NCBI GenBank assembly: GCA_023253175.1
Contig: JALRHH010000001.1
Coordinates: 428,020 to 492,019 of the forward strand
Direction of reading: 5' to 3'
DNA length: 64,000 bases
DNA from: Candidatus Saccharimonadia bacterium
GTDB taxonomy: Bacteria > Patescibacteriota > Saccharimonadia > Saccharimonadales > JALRHH01
In this document: in pieces, positions 38,384 to 47,749 of the stretch
Layout of the letters: each line of letters starts with the position of its first letter
Numbering within the stretch: the first letter of the stretch is position 1
The notes under the pieces: model-generated
Databases searched by the model: none
Seen by the model: only the letters and a program-made list of their open reading frames with translations
Told to the model about the DNA's origin: nothing
Made by a program: the position numbers and the translations under genes

Positions 38384-39627
38384 TTTACCTCCAGGATCGC
38401 TAAACTTTCTATATGTGGTGTACGCGGGAAGAAATTAAAACCCTCGATACTTTTAATCGTATACTTTTCCTGCAGTAGCGCCAAGTCACGCGCCTGAGTA
38501 ATTGGATTGCAGCTGAGATATATGACTTTCGCGGGTAGCACTTCCAATATCCTGTCGGTCACTTTTTGGTGCAATCCAGCCCTAGGAGGATCAAGGATCA
38601 ATGTTTCATCAGCAGTGATGTGATCAAGCGCGGTTTCGGCGGAAGCATGCACAATCTCGGTTTTTCCCTCTCCAACATTTTGTTTTGCCATAGCGACGTT
38701 ATGTTCGTCAATTTCAATAAGACGGTTAGCGCCTACCGGGATGCCAATCGTGCCTACGCCGGAATACATATCGGCACTAGAGCCGTCTATCTCACCAGCA
38801 ATTCGATCAAGCGCCTTGCTGAAGATTTCTAGATTGACCTGGAAAAATGAATTTACATCGTAGGTTATCGGAACGCCTTTTATAGCATCCGTTAATCTGA
38901 CATCGCCGTATAGATACAGCTCCCGCGTCAAAACACTGGCTGGGCTTTTTGGATTTGAATAGTAAACTGCCACCCCTTTAGCGGCTCCCGCAAGCTCAGG
39001 CAGATCCGGGAATGATTCATCTTTCACAAATAACGCTACAACCGCATCACCGTTTTGATTTGCACGCACCACAACCGTTTTTAACTGAGAACCTCGAATG
39101 TCGTTTTGATTTAGTATCTCTACGATCTTAGCTGCAGTCTCATCAATAAGAGGCATGGCGATACTACTGCCGTTAATGATCTGCTTGCGATGAGAGCCTC
39201 GATTAAATAATGCCAGATGCAGGCCATCGTCATCCGCCCAGAAGCTGTATTCCATCTTATTACGATAGTGCCACTGCTTTTCACCGGCCTGCATTGTGAT
39301 TTCAGATGGAAAATCCACATGTTCGCGCTGCATTGTCTCGACAAGGATTTCACGCTTGTATTCATTCTCTTTATCAAAGTCCATAATCTGCCACGGACTC
39401 GTGCTAAGATACGCATCATCTTTTGGTGGTAGCCTAAATTCAGAAGGAATAACGATCTCTTCTGCAATTCCTTCGGCATGACCACGCTTACTCTTAGTGA
39501 GCCTAACGCTCATGGTCTCGCCAGGTAACGCATTCCACACAAAGACACGCCGACCATCCGCCAGCGTGCCTATGCCTTGCCCACCGTGAACAAGCTTTTC
39601 AATTGTAACTTTTTGGAGTTCCATCAA
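38380..39627 (-). CDS. 23S rRNA (uracil-C5)-methyltransferase, RlmD/RumA family
   Basis: N-terminal TRAM-like domain (VHGGQGIG…), a methyltransferase core with DPPRAG, and a C-terminal nucleophile region (YLSCNP). Confidence 0.85.
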   Translation of the reverse strand: MMELQKVTIEKLVHGGQGIGTLADGRRVFVWNALPGETMSVRLTKSKRGHAEGIAEEIVIPSEFRLPPKDDAYLSTSPWQIMDFDKENEYKREILVETMQREHVDFPSEITMQAGEKQWHYRNKMEYSFWADDDGLHLALFNRGSHRKQIINGSSIAMPLIDETAAKIVEILNQNDIRGSQLKTVVVRANQNGDAVVALFVKDESFPDLPELAGAAKGVAVYYSNPKSPASVLTRELYLYGDVRLTDAIKGVPITYDVNSFFQVNLEIFSKALDRIAGEIDGSSADMYSGVGTIGIPVGANRLIEIDEHNVAMAKQNVGEGKTEIVHASAETALDHITADETLILDPPRAGLHQKVTDRILEVLPAKVIYLSCNPITQARDLALLQEKYTIKSIEGFNFFPRTPHIESLAILEVK

Positions 39628-39630
39628 TCC

Positions 39631-40635
39631 TTATTTTTGCAGACCAACAATTAGGATGACTGCAAGCAGTAGCTTTGAGACTACGAGAATACGACTCAGA
39701 TTGCGGTTCACGAATGCAAAATCATATTGCCTTTTAAAGCCGTTCCACTGAATACGAGTCGTAGCCAGAAGCGAGATTGAAACCACTGCAGCGGCTGCGT
39801 ATGCATACCACGGAGATCGAACCGCAACTGACGCGCCATCAGTACCAAAGATGTATGTGGAGATCATCGTAATAACAAGGAATACGACAGGTAATACCGC
39901 AAGCACAGCACTCACCGCATAAATGCCACGAGTCGGCTTACCAGTTGCTGCGTTCTCACGCTCAAATACCCATGCAAGATATGCCGAGATTAAAATAGCG
40001 ATCGCGCTGAGTTTGAGTGCAATGAGGTCCTGCACGCCATTAAGGAGTGCCGCAATTGAAAATGCCACAGATGTGGTAACCGCATAATCAATCCATCGAA
40101 GACTGCTAACTTTATTGGTAACAGCAGCCTGATCTTTGGCCAAGTACTTGGTTCCACGTAGGATTGCAACAACGGCAGCCAATACGAGAAATCCAACTGC
40201 TAGCCAGCGGAATTCTACTTCGTACAGTACGTGTGCCGCAGGTGCGAGAACCGTACCGGCAGTACTTGCAAGCTCATCCTTCGTAAGATGTCCGAGTAGT
40301 ACCTGCACTGAAGTCGTGTTCATAAAGTATGCTGCAAGTCCTGCGAGAACCGCGAACACAATACCAAGCTGAACCTGAAGACGGTTTAGTAGCGGCGTTA
40401 CACCAGAAACTGAAGCCTTAGCAACTGGCTTTGGAGCCTCTGCTGGCTTGATAGTTGACTTAGTGGTTGCTACCGCTTTTTTTACAGCTGGTTTCTTAGC
40501 AGCCCTTGAGGTGGTAGCCTTGGTAGTTCTTGCCGCCTTTACTGCTGGCTTGGTTGCCTTTGCAGTAGATTTTGTAGAAGGCTTTTTATTTGTAGTTTTG
40601 GTCTTTGCCTGAGTTTTAGAAGTTGTCTTTGCCAT
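39631..40635 (-). CDS. heliorhodopsin-like 7-TM protein with Lys/Ala/Thr-rich N-terminal extension
   Basis: Seven predicted TM segments. LRWIDYAVTTSV aligns with FRWVEYSLSSSV, GVQDLIAL with GIADIVAL, VAVRSPWY with VAVPGFVY, and ILVVSKLLLAV with LSLVAKSALAW (the retinal Lys) of heliorhodopsin 48C12. The 48C12 sequence is recalled from memory. The first ~83 aa are a KAT(P)-rich basic tail. Confidence 0.6.
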   Translation of the reverse strand: MAKTTSKTQAKTKTTNKKPSTKSTAKATKPAVKAARTTKATTSRAAKKPAVKKAVATTKSTIKPAEAPKPVAKASVSGVTPLLNRLQVQLGIVFAVLAGLAAYFMNTTSVQVLLGHLTKDELASTAGTVLAPAAHVLYEVEFRWLAVGFLVLAAVVAILRGTKYLAKDQAAVTNKVSSLRWIDYAVTTSVAFSIAALLNGVQDLIALKLSAIAILISAYLAWVFERENAATGKPTRGIYAVSAVLAVLPVVFLVITMISTYIFGTDGASVAVRSPWYAYAAAAVVSISLLATTRIQWNGFKRQYDFAFVNRNLSRILVVSKLLLAVILIVGLQK

Positions 40636-40641
40636 GCGAAC

Positions 40642-40650
40642 AGTGTATCA
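40642..40650 (-). promoter_or_regulatory. extended -10 promoter TGATACACT, 6 nt from the ATG (leaderless)
   Basis: The reverse complement of 40642-40650 is TGATACACT. The ATG is at 40635. Confidence 0.4.
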
Positions 40651-40674
40651 CAACTCTATTTACGGGAAATACGA

Positions 40675-41229
40675 TTATGATTCATAGATAGCCGGATCAA
40701 CACGTTCATATTTCGGCAGAACCTGGCGCAGCACATATAATGCAATCTGCCGCGTACTCTCAGGTATCATACCCTGCTCAATCGCCTCGATCTCGCCGGC
40801 CGTCATGATCTTTATATCTTGTGATTCACCTTCATGTGGTGGGAGCGCAGGCAAATCCTTTGCAACAAATGCATACCCGCGGTCGGTATGATAGTGCGGC
40901 TGGGGTGTGCCATCACCAGTATCAATAAGATGTGTATTTTCGTTTACTGGCATCGGGTGTGACACGGCGTTTTGAAGTATGTCTAATCGAAGTCTTGGCT
41001 GTAAAAGCTCAAGCTCCGAAAGCCGATAGCCTGATTCCTCTACGAGTTCATGTGTTATCGCCTGCCAAGGAGTTTCACTAAGTTCAACATGACCGCCAAA
41101 CTGCATCCATACATGTATTTTCTTATGTAGATGCAATAGAATACCTGGTTCCGCACTTTCTCGCTCAACCACAATATATGCCGATGATGTAGCGTCGTGC
41201 TGTCCTGCCTCTTTGTGAATATGTGGCAT
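40675..41229 (-). CDS. NUDIX hydrolase
   Basis: Nudix box GGHVELSETPWQAITHELVEESGY, matching G-x5-E-x7-(R/H)-E-x2-E-E-x-G. Confidence 0.8.
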   Translation of the reverse strand: MPHIHKEAGQHDATSSAYIVVERESAEPGILLHLHKKIHVWMQFGGHVELSETPWQAITHELVEESGYRLSELELLQPRLRLDILQNAVSHPMPVNENTHLIDTGDGTPQPHYHTDRGYAFVAKDLPALPPHEGESQDIKIMTAGEIEAIEQGMIPESTRQIALYVLRQVLPKYERVDPAIYES

Positions 41230-41234
41230 GTAAT

Positions 41235-41720
41235 TTACTCCTTTATTGGCTCGTACGGGATGTGACAGGCACCGCGCCCGGTTCGCTCTGCAAATTTCTG
41301 GTGATAATCTTCAGCCTCGTAAAAGACGGTAGCCGGAACAATCTGCGTTACGATTGGCCTATCAAAGTTGCTCGACGAAAGCTCGAGCACGGATTGAGCC
41401 ATCTGCTTTTGTGCATCATCTACGAAAAATATAGCCGATCGATAACTATCACCGATATCCGGACCTTGCCTATTTAGCTGAGTTGGGTCATGCATATGAA
41501 AAAACTGTTTCAGGAGCGTTTCGTATGAAACTTGTGATTCATCAAATTCTAACTCCACTGCTTCGGCATGTCCGGTTGTATGGGTACAGACTTCTTCATA
41601 CGTCGGGTTTTCAGTATGACCGCCTGTATAGCCAACACGGCTCGATATCACACCCGGAACTTGGTCGAAATAATATTGCACACCCCAGAAACAACCTGCC
41701 GCAAATATAGCTTTTGCCAT
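41235..41720 (-). CDS. msrA: peptide methionine (S)-sulfoxide reductase
   Basis: Active-site AAGCFWGVQ near the N-terminus. 161 aa. Confidence 0.95.
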   Translation of the reverse strand: MAKAIFAAGCFWGVQYYFDQVPGVISSRVGYTGGHTENPTYEEVCTHTTGHAEAVELEFDESQVSYETLLKQFFHMHDPTQLNRQGPDIGDSYRSAIFFVDDAQKQMAQSVLELSSSNFDRPIVTQIVPATVFYEAEDYHQKFAERTGRGACHIPYEPIKE

Positions 41721-42022
41721 TATTCTTCAACTACCGCGCTGCGCCAAAATGCAACGTAATTAGAGAAATCTTTCTTTACCTGCTCGATCGCAGATGGCAA
41801 GGGTTCAGGATATGACCATGCATCGTCCTGCGCCGTAGTCGTCCCGTCAGTAATCGTAAAGTACTGACAAACGCCTTTCCAAGGGCAAGTATAAGGTGTG
41901 TCGCTTTTTACCAAATAATCAGCATTTACACTTGATGGTGGAAAATACCAATTGCCTTCAATATAAATAAGATCTTCTTTTGGCGCCTCGGCAATTGTAT
42001 TACCATTCCACACTACTTTCAT
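41720..42022 (-). CDS. DUF427 domain protein
   Basis: 100 aa. The pattern WNGNTIAEAP…WYFPPSSV…TCPWKGVCQYF is typical of DUF427. Confidence 0.7.
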   Translation of the reverse strand: MKVVWNGNTIAEAPKEDLIYIEGNWYFPPSSVNADYLVKSDTPYTCPWKGVCQYFTITDGTTTAQDDAWSYPEPLPSAIEQVKKDFSNYVAFWRSAVVEE

Positions 42023-42100
42023 ATACCCTCCTATCAGCCCTATAAACCTATTTAAGCGTATTCGATCTTAATTGTCATTACAACCATGACTCATCAAGTA

Positions 42101-43630
42101 TTATTTCTCGAGACGAAGTCGAGCAACGAGCCAATCACGCGGCAGGAGGCTCAGGAACCAGCCCGCTCGCGGACCTGATGTCTGACCAATGATCAAAGCG
42201 TACAGTGACTGGAACAAATCTTTGGGACCCATTTCATCAGTCTTGAATGCATATATTGCATCATGGAAGTAGCTACCGTCAGCATCGGCCGGGGCAGCCG
42301 CAACTTTCTCTGCAAGTCCCACAAAAAAGGCCTTCTGCTGTTCCGTAAACTGAGATACGTCAAGTGACTCCTTCAGCTCGAACTTTACATCGTCGGGCGC
42401 ACTAACACGTAACCACTCATCAATAAATCGTAGTTCACTGCGAATGATATCAGCTTCTTTGCGGGCTATGTCAGCATACTCAGTTCGAGCAATAACCTCG
42501 ATAGTCTTATCAGCATCCTTAAGCGCAGCTTGGTAACTTGCAACAAGGTGTGTAAATGGAATACGACTAACTGTTTGCTCTGTAACGCCCTCAAGGCACA
42601 GTTCTAACAACTGTTTTTCACCGTCGGTCTTATTAGATTTCGACAACAATTCACTAAACTCATCAACCAGTCGCATTAATGTTGGTCCGGCATCAAAAAA
42701 AAGTAGCTTATCAGGGCTATGACGCATGACGAAGAACCAGACGACCTCTGCCGGTAGTAACTTCAGAAGATCAGCGGCAGTAATGGCATCGCCTTTGCTC
42801 TTGCTCATCTTTTTGGTGTCGCCGGTTTTATTAATGAAATTATATGGGACCGGTAGTGGTGGTCGTGTGTCAAATACCTGCTTTACTAGTTCAACTCCAG
42901 TGTCATATGAGCCGCCTTTGGTTGCATGATCACGGCCAAATGGCTCTGCCTGGACATTAAGTAGTGACCAGCGTGCTGGCCAGTCAATACGCCAGTTCAA
43001 CTTCACCTCACCATGAGCATAACTGACTGTAGCCGGCTGCCCATCCTTGTTCTCGTACACAATTTCTTGGGTGTCTTTCTGAATACTAATGAAACGACGA
43101 TTTTTGAGATAGCCGTCCTCTACAACCTGAACAGGAGACCAGTTTTCGTCAAGGTCGCGGCCCGAGATATCTTTGAGTACTTGCTTAATAACCTCTATGC
43201 TCTCGAGCGCCCTCTCAATGACCGGCACAAAGTAACCACTGCGGTATTTTTCATGAGCACGGATAACGTTAAGATCGAGGTGAAGTCCCCCCGAGGCAAT
43301 TAATAAATCGTTCAGGAAATAGTCCGCATAGGATTGATCACTCCCATCTGGTGAAGGTACATCACAAAGCGGCTTGCCAAGATGTACGCTAAAGTCAGCC
43401 GGCACATCGACCGGTACCTTACGGAAAATATCCAGATCATCAACAACATGATAGTGGATCGCACTTCTGCCCCTGCGGCGCACTTCACGGGCAACAATTT
43501 CTGCTGTTAAAACTTCGCGGAGCGTACCCATGTGGTACGTGCCTGATGGCGACACACCAGAAGACACAACAATATCGCCCTCCGGGTGGCGGGCGATCAA
43601 TTCATCAACAATTGTATTTAACCATTGCAT
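42101..43630 (-). CDS. lysK: lysine--tRNA ligase, class I
   Basis: SGVSPSGTYHMGTLREV (HIGH-type region) and KMSKSKGD (KMSKS) are typical of class I LysRS. Confidence 0.9.
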   Translation of the reverse strand: MQWLNTIVDELIARHPEGDIVVSSGVSPSGTYHMGTLREVLTAEIVAREVRRRGRSAIHYHVVDDLDIFRKVPVDVPADFSVHLGKPLCDVPSPDGSDQSYADYFLNDLLIASGGLHLDLNVIRAHEKYRSGYFVPVIERALESIEVIKQVLKDISGRDLDENWSPVQVVEDGYLKNRRFISIQKDTQEIVYENKDGQPATVSYAHGEVKLNWRIDWPARWSLLNVQAEPFGRDHATKGGSYDTGVELVKQVFDTRPPLPVPYNFINKTGDTKKMSKSKGDAITAADLLKLLPAEVVWFFVMRHSPDKLLFFDAGPTLMRLVDEFSELLSKSNKTDGEKQLLELCLEGVTEQTVSRIPFTHLVASYQAALKDADKTIEVIARTEYADIARKEADIIRSELRFIDEWLRVSAPDDVKFELKESLDVSQFTEQQKAFFVGLAEKVAAAPADADGSYFHDAIYAFKTDEMGPKDLFQSLYALIIGQTSGPRAGWFLSLLPRDWLVARLRLEK

Positions 43631-43849
43631 GTTGCCTACAAGTGTAACCTATTCTACCCCTGTTGAAAAGCCTTCAACCTTTTATTTACGGTGATGCCGG
43701 ACCACATACCATGTCAGGAATAGTGCAATAAACAGAAAAAATGAGCCCAGAAAGAAGAAAAAAGGGCGGCCACGTGAAATCAAAAATATACCACATACTC
43801 CTAACGGGAGTACCACTGATAGCAAATTTATTATTACTATTGCTTTCAC

Positions 43850-44308
43850 TTACGCAATATCTGTGATCTTGTACGTAGTGGTTTCTGCTGGGGTCTTAAT
43901 TTCTACAGCGTCGCCGAGCTTTTTGCCAAGTAGCGCCTGACCAATTGGAGACTCATCAGAAATCTTACCCTCAAGTGGATCAGCCTCGATTGTACCAACA
44001 ACCTGGAACTTCTTAGTTTTACCGTCATTCTTAAGTGTAACGGTCGAGCCAAGCTGGACCTTGCTGTCGCCCTTTGGCTGCTTAATAACTTCTACGTTGT
44101 TGAGGATGTTCTCGATCTCGCTAATACGAGCCTCGAGCTTTTCCTGCTCCTGGCGGGCAGTCTGATATTCAGCGTTTTCTGAAAGATCGCCAAATTCACG
44201 TGCAGTTTTAATCTTTTCTGCAACTGGACCACGCTCTGCAATTAAATTAGCGAGCTCCGCCTGTAATTCATCAATACCGGTCTGTGTCAGACTAAACTTC
44301 TTGTTCAT
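43850..44308 (-). CDS. greA: transcription elongation factor GreA
   Basis: 152 aa with an N-terminal coiled coil carrying DLSENAEY and a C-terminal FKBP-like domain. Confidence 0.95.
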   Translation of the reverse strand: MNKKFSLTQTGIDELQAELANLIAERGPVAEKIKTAREFGDLSENAEYQTARQEQEKLEARISEIENILNNVEVIKQPKGDSKVQLGSTVTLKNDGKTKKFQVVGTIEADPLEGKISDESPIGQALLGKKLGDAVEIKTPAETTTYKITDIA

Positions 44309-44384
44309 AATAACTCCCCCTAAACCTTATGGATCCTGTTACCGTCACCTCGGAATCGCATTCATTATACCAATATGCTAATGA

Positions 44385-45635
44385 CTATGACAGTGCTTTC
44401 ACGATTTCATCGCTACTAACAAGTCGAGCTTCACTTTCCAGGCGACCTTTCAGTTCGTGAGCACCGCCTTCTACGGTGCGACCACTTACTACAACGCGGT
44501 ATGGGATGCCCATCAGTTCGCTATCTGCAAACTTCTCCCCTGGCCTCTTGTCGCTGTCGTCATATAGTACCGTAACTCCAGCAGTAGTCAAGTTATTGTA
44601 CAGTTTGTCTGCCTCTGCAACGACAGCTTCATCGTCTCCAAGTCGAGCTAGATACACCTTAAACGGCGCCACCGCCTCTGGCCATACAAGTCCTTTATCA
44701 TCAGAAAAGTGCTCTGCAAGCATACCAACAAGGCGACTTACGCCAATACCATAGCATCCAGCAATAATCGGCTGCTGCTTGCCGTTCTCGTCAATATAGT
44801 AGACACCGAGCGCGTCTGTATATTTAGACTCGAGCGGGAATATATTACCTACCTCAACAGCACGCTTTTGAACAAGGTCTTCTTTTTTGAGACCCATCTT
44901 CTCAAGGTTCTCGTCAGTATAGACTTCTTCGTTAACAGCAATCTTCTTAGCCTCATCAACGTAAATTGTGTCTTCACCAACATCGCTCAGCGTCTGGTAT
45001 TCGTGACTAAATCGTTTCGTAAAAATACCGCCGTCAGCGTAGGTCCTATATGTAAAATCACCGATTCCAAGCCGATCAAACACCCGTACGTACGCAGCTG
45101 CAATTTGTTCGTACACCTCATCATGCTGCGCCTGGTCACGAGAAAAGCTGTACATATCCTTCATTAAGAATTCACGGCCTCGCAGTAGTCCACTTTTTGC
45201 ACGCAGCTCATTACGAAACTTAGACTGAATTTGATATACCGACAGTGGCAAATCTTTATATGACTGAATATAGTCACTCAGTGCATCTACAATTGGCTCC
45301 TCGTGCGTCAGGCCCATGCCCAGCTCGGTTCCATTCGCAAGCTTGGTCTTAAACCAGTTATCAACTTTTGCGTCATCCCAACGATCAGTTTTTTCAAAGA
45401 TATCTTTTGGCTGCAAGGTAGTCATCTGTACCTCTTGGCCACCAACTGCATTCATCTCCTCGCGAATAATCTGTGCAATGTTATCCAAAACCCTCTTACC
45501 GAGAGGTAGAAAGGCATATACACCAGCCATCTCTTTGTGTATAAAACCTGCTTTAATGAGTAGCTGTGCATTTATGGCTGTCTCGTCAGATGGCGCTTGT
45601 TTTCTTGTTTTTGTGAATAACTGTGATGTTCTCAT
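44385..45635 (-). CDS. proS: proline--tRNA ligase (short form, no INS editing domain)
   Basis: MRTSQLFTKTRKQAPSDETAINAQLLIKAGFI… is a bacterial ProRS N-terminus. At 416 aa there is no room for the ~180-aa INS insertion. Confidence 0.9.
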   Translation of the reverse strand: MRTSQLFTKTRKQAPSDETAINAQLLIKAGFIHKEMAGVYAFLPLGKRVLDNIAQIIREEMNAVGGQEVQMTTLQPKDIFEKTDRWDDAKVDNWFKTKLANGTELGMGLTHEEPIVDALSDYIQSYKDLPLSVYQIQSKFRNELRAKSGLLRGREFLMKDMYSFSRDQAQHDEVYEQIAAAYVRVFDRLGIGDFTYRTYADGGIFTKRFSHEYQTLSDVGEDTIYVDEAKKIAVNEEVYTDENLEKMGLKKEDLVQKRAVEVGNIFPLESKYTDALGVYYIDENGKQQPIIAGCYGIGVSRLVGMLAEHFSDDKGLVWPEAVAPFKVYLARLGDDEAVVAEADKLYNNLTTAGVTVLYDDSDKRPGEKFADSELMGIPYRVVVSGRTVEGGAHELKGRLESEARLVSSDEIVKALS

Positions 45636-45747
45636 ACTGTTTCCTGTAATTAGATTATAAAAAGTCGTCGAAAAGAAAGGCTACTACGGCTACGCCGGGA
45701 GCTTTGGAACGCGGGGTGATAGTACATGCTGCGTCATAATTACCGTT

Positions 45748-45758
45748 ATTGTACCCCA
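45748..45758 (-). promoter_or_regulatory. extended -10 promoter TGGGGTACAAT for proS
   Basis: The reverse complement of 45748-45758 is TGGGGTACAAT, about 110 nt upstream of the proS ATG. Confidence 0.5.
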
Positions 45759-45768
45759 GTTATGACTT

Positions 45769-46608
45769 CTAGACCACTTTAAAAATGAACAGTGCCAGAA
45801 ATGCGATGCCGTTCTTAATGAAGTGGATGCCAATTCCTGGCCATAGACTCTTACTACGCCACCTAACATAAACTAATACCAATGACAGTACAAATGTATC
45901 AATCGCCGCCGTCCAAAGCAGTGGCGCATCACTGCCCCACTGTAGATGAGCCGCAGCAAATACCACACTTGTGATCAGCATTGCTGGCAATAATTTCATT
46001 TTGTTTTTAAGTCCCGTAAATAGAAAACCGCGCACTAGAATCTCCTCGACGAGCGGCGGCAGGATAACAAGGCTTAAGAATACAAAAATCAGCTCAGGAC
46101 CTACGACATTTTTATCGAATCCTAGGTCCTGTTGCTGCTCCGTATCAATCGGCAAGAACTCGTGAACCAGCTGCGCAATAATAAAGGCATACAGCACAAA
46201 ATAGGCGCCGAATCCCGCAAGTGCATATACAATATCGGAAAGTTTCGGCTTTACCCAGCCAATCGCACTCCACGGCGTCTTTCGGCGCACCATAAAATTG
46301 TGCAGCAGCAGTATTGTCAGTGACTCTACGGCCAAAATGTACACAAATTGCGGGAACGAACCTTCAATAAGACTGGTTAACTCAGTGTCTGTTTTGCCGC
46401 TTAAACTGCCAAAAGCACCCAGTCCGAGCGCGGCTATAATCTGAGTCGAGAAGTATAATCCTACCGTAATACCAACCGCCTCTAACGGGGACCAGTTGAC
46501 CAGCTCGTCAGCTTTTCCCTGGCGCTTCCTAAGGAAACAAAATGCACCATAAAAACCAAGCGCACACAGTAGCGTTATTGCCACCATATGCGGATTGAAT
46601 GTTGTCAT
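45769..46608 (-). CDS. CPBP family intramembrane glutamic endopeptidase (CAAX protease-like)
   Basis: Polytopic. Motifs EEILVRGFLF (EExxxR) and FAAAHL. Confidence 0.8.
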   Translation of the reverse strand: MTTFNPHMVAITLLCALGFYGAFCFLRKRQGKADELVNWSPLEAVGITVGLYFSTQIIAALGLGAFGSLSGKTDTELTSLIEGSFPQFVYILAVESLTILLLHNFMVRRKTPWSAIGWVKPKLSDIVYALAGFGAYFVLYAFIIAQLVHEFLPIDTEQQQDLGFDKNVVGPELIFVFLSLVILPPLVEEILVRGFLFTGLKNKMKLLPAMLITSVVFAAAHLQWGSDAPLLWTAAIDTFVLSLVLVYVRWRSKSLWPGIGIHFIKNGIAFLALFIFKVV

Positions 46609-46612
46609 AGGC

Positions 46613-47740
46613 CTAGAAGAACCGTTTTACATCTACAATTGTAATCAGCACGAACAGTACCATGAGCAGTGCGAACCCAGTGCCGTGAATTCGATCCTCT
46701 GCCTTTTCGGTTAGCTGCCTGCGAAGACCGCGGTATATCAATGTCACAAATAAGCGACCACCGTCCAGTGCAGGAATTGGTAGCACGTTCATGATTGCCA
46801 ATGACAGTGAGATTATCGCAATAACAAATAGTATGAACTGAATACCAAGATCAGATCCCTGTTGCAGCACCACAAATATGCCAACAGGTCCTGTCACTTG
46901 TTCAGTTGCCTTAGCGGTGTCACCCTGGAATAGGCCAGCCACCGCAGAACCAAGTCCCTTGAACGTTAGTTCCGTAAACTGGGCCATCAGACCGCCAGCT
47001 ACAACTGGCGCCGACCATGTGTACCTAGCCACCGTGAATTCACCTGGCGAAATACCAAAGTAACCCTTTGGATTATCGGTTTTTTTACTTGCCTCAACTT
47101 CTTCTGTACTGCGGAGTTGTACTTCTGTGCGCTTCAATTCACCATCACGGCGATACTGAACGAGTACCTTTTGACCTGCAAATTCCTTAGTGTATTTTGG
47201 CAGTGCCTCGTCGGTCTTGATGGTATGCTGTGGCCCATCAACCTGGCCGATACTTGCAATAACATCACGGCACTGAAGCCCAGCCTTCTCCGCAGGAGAA
47301 CCTTCCTCAAGATAACCAATGAACACATCCTGGCGCGTAATTGTTTCGTTATTTGTAACCGCAAACTGATTATCAACGAGCTTTGGGATACCCACCAGCG
47401 CAAGCAGCACCAGGAGTACGTATGCGGTCACAAGATTCATAACCACACCAGCAACCATAATCTTGACCTTAGTCAGGAGCGGCGCAGCGCCGTAACTACC
47501 CTTTGTTTTGTTGGCATCATGCTCACCCTTCAGACGCACAAACCCCCCAAGCGGCAGCCAGTTGAGTGTATATTCTGTACCATTTTTCTTAGTTAGGGTC
47601 TTGGCTTTTGGTGGGAAGCCAATCCCAAATTCTTCAACATCGACACCCCCACGGCGAGCCATAATAAAATGGCCCCACTCGTGTATAACAACCAATCCGA
47701 CAAATAAAACAAGCCCCAGAATCAATAAGAAGATCGACAT
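46613..47740 (-). CDS. rseP: RIP metalloprotease RseP (site-2 protease, M50)
   Basis: HEWGHF (HExxH) in TM1, an internal PDZ domain (GSPAEKAGLQCRDVIASIG) and the C-terminal NVLPIPALDGG. Confidence 0.9.
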   Translation of the reverse strand: MSIFLLILGLVLFVGLVVIHEWGHFIMARRGGVDVEEFGIGFPPKAKTLTKKNGTEYTLNWLPLGGFVRLKGEHDANKTKGSYGAAPLLTKVKIMVAGVVMNLVTAYVLLVLLALVGIPKLVDNQFAVTNNETITRQDVFIGYLEEGSPAEKAGLQCRDVIASIGQVDGPQHTIKTDEALPKYTKEFAGQKVLVQYRRDGELKRTEVQLRSTEEVEASKKTDNPKGYFGISPGEFTVARYTWSAPVVAGGLMAQFTELTFKGLGSAVAGLFQGDTAKATEQVTGPVGIFVVLQQGSDLGIQFILFVIAIISLSLAIMNVLPIPALDGGRLFVTLIYRGLRRQLTEKAEDRIHGTGFALLMVLFVLITIVDVKRFF

Positions 47741-47749
47741 ATACGAATA

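Noticed and set aside
43682-43792. 36-codon hydrophobic small ORF (MWYIFDFTWPPFFLLSGLIFSVYCTIPDMVCGPASP) in the 219-nt greA-lysK spacer
   Set aside because: The AGGAG-like sequence is only 1 nt from the ATG, which is poor spacing, and I cannot assess conservation. The spacer also showed no T-box (no AGGGUGGNACCGCG-type sequence in the right place) and no lysine-riboswitch features that I could recognise.
45636-45768. T-box leader upstream of proS
   Set aside because: The leader is only about 110 nt and lacks a specifier-loop/T-box sequence and a terminator-antiterminator pair. It does contain a direct repeat, GGCTAC-tac-GGCTAC, of unknown meaning.
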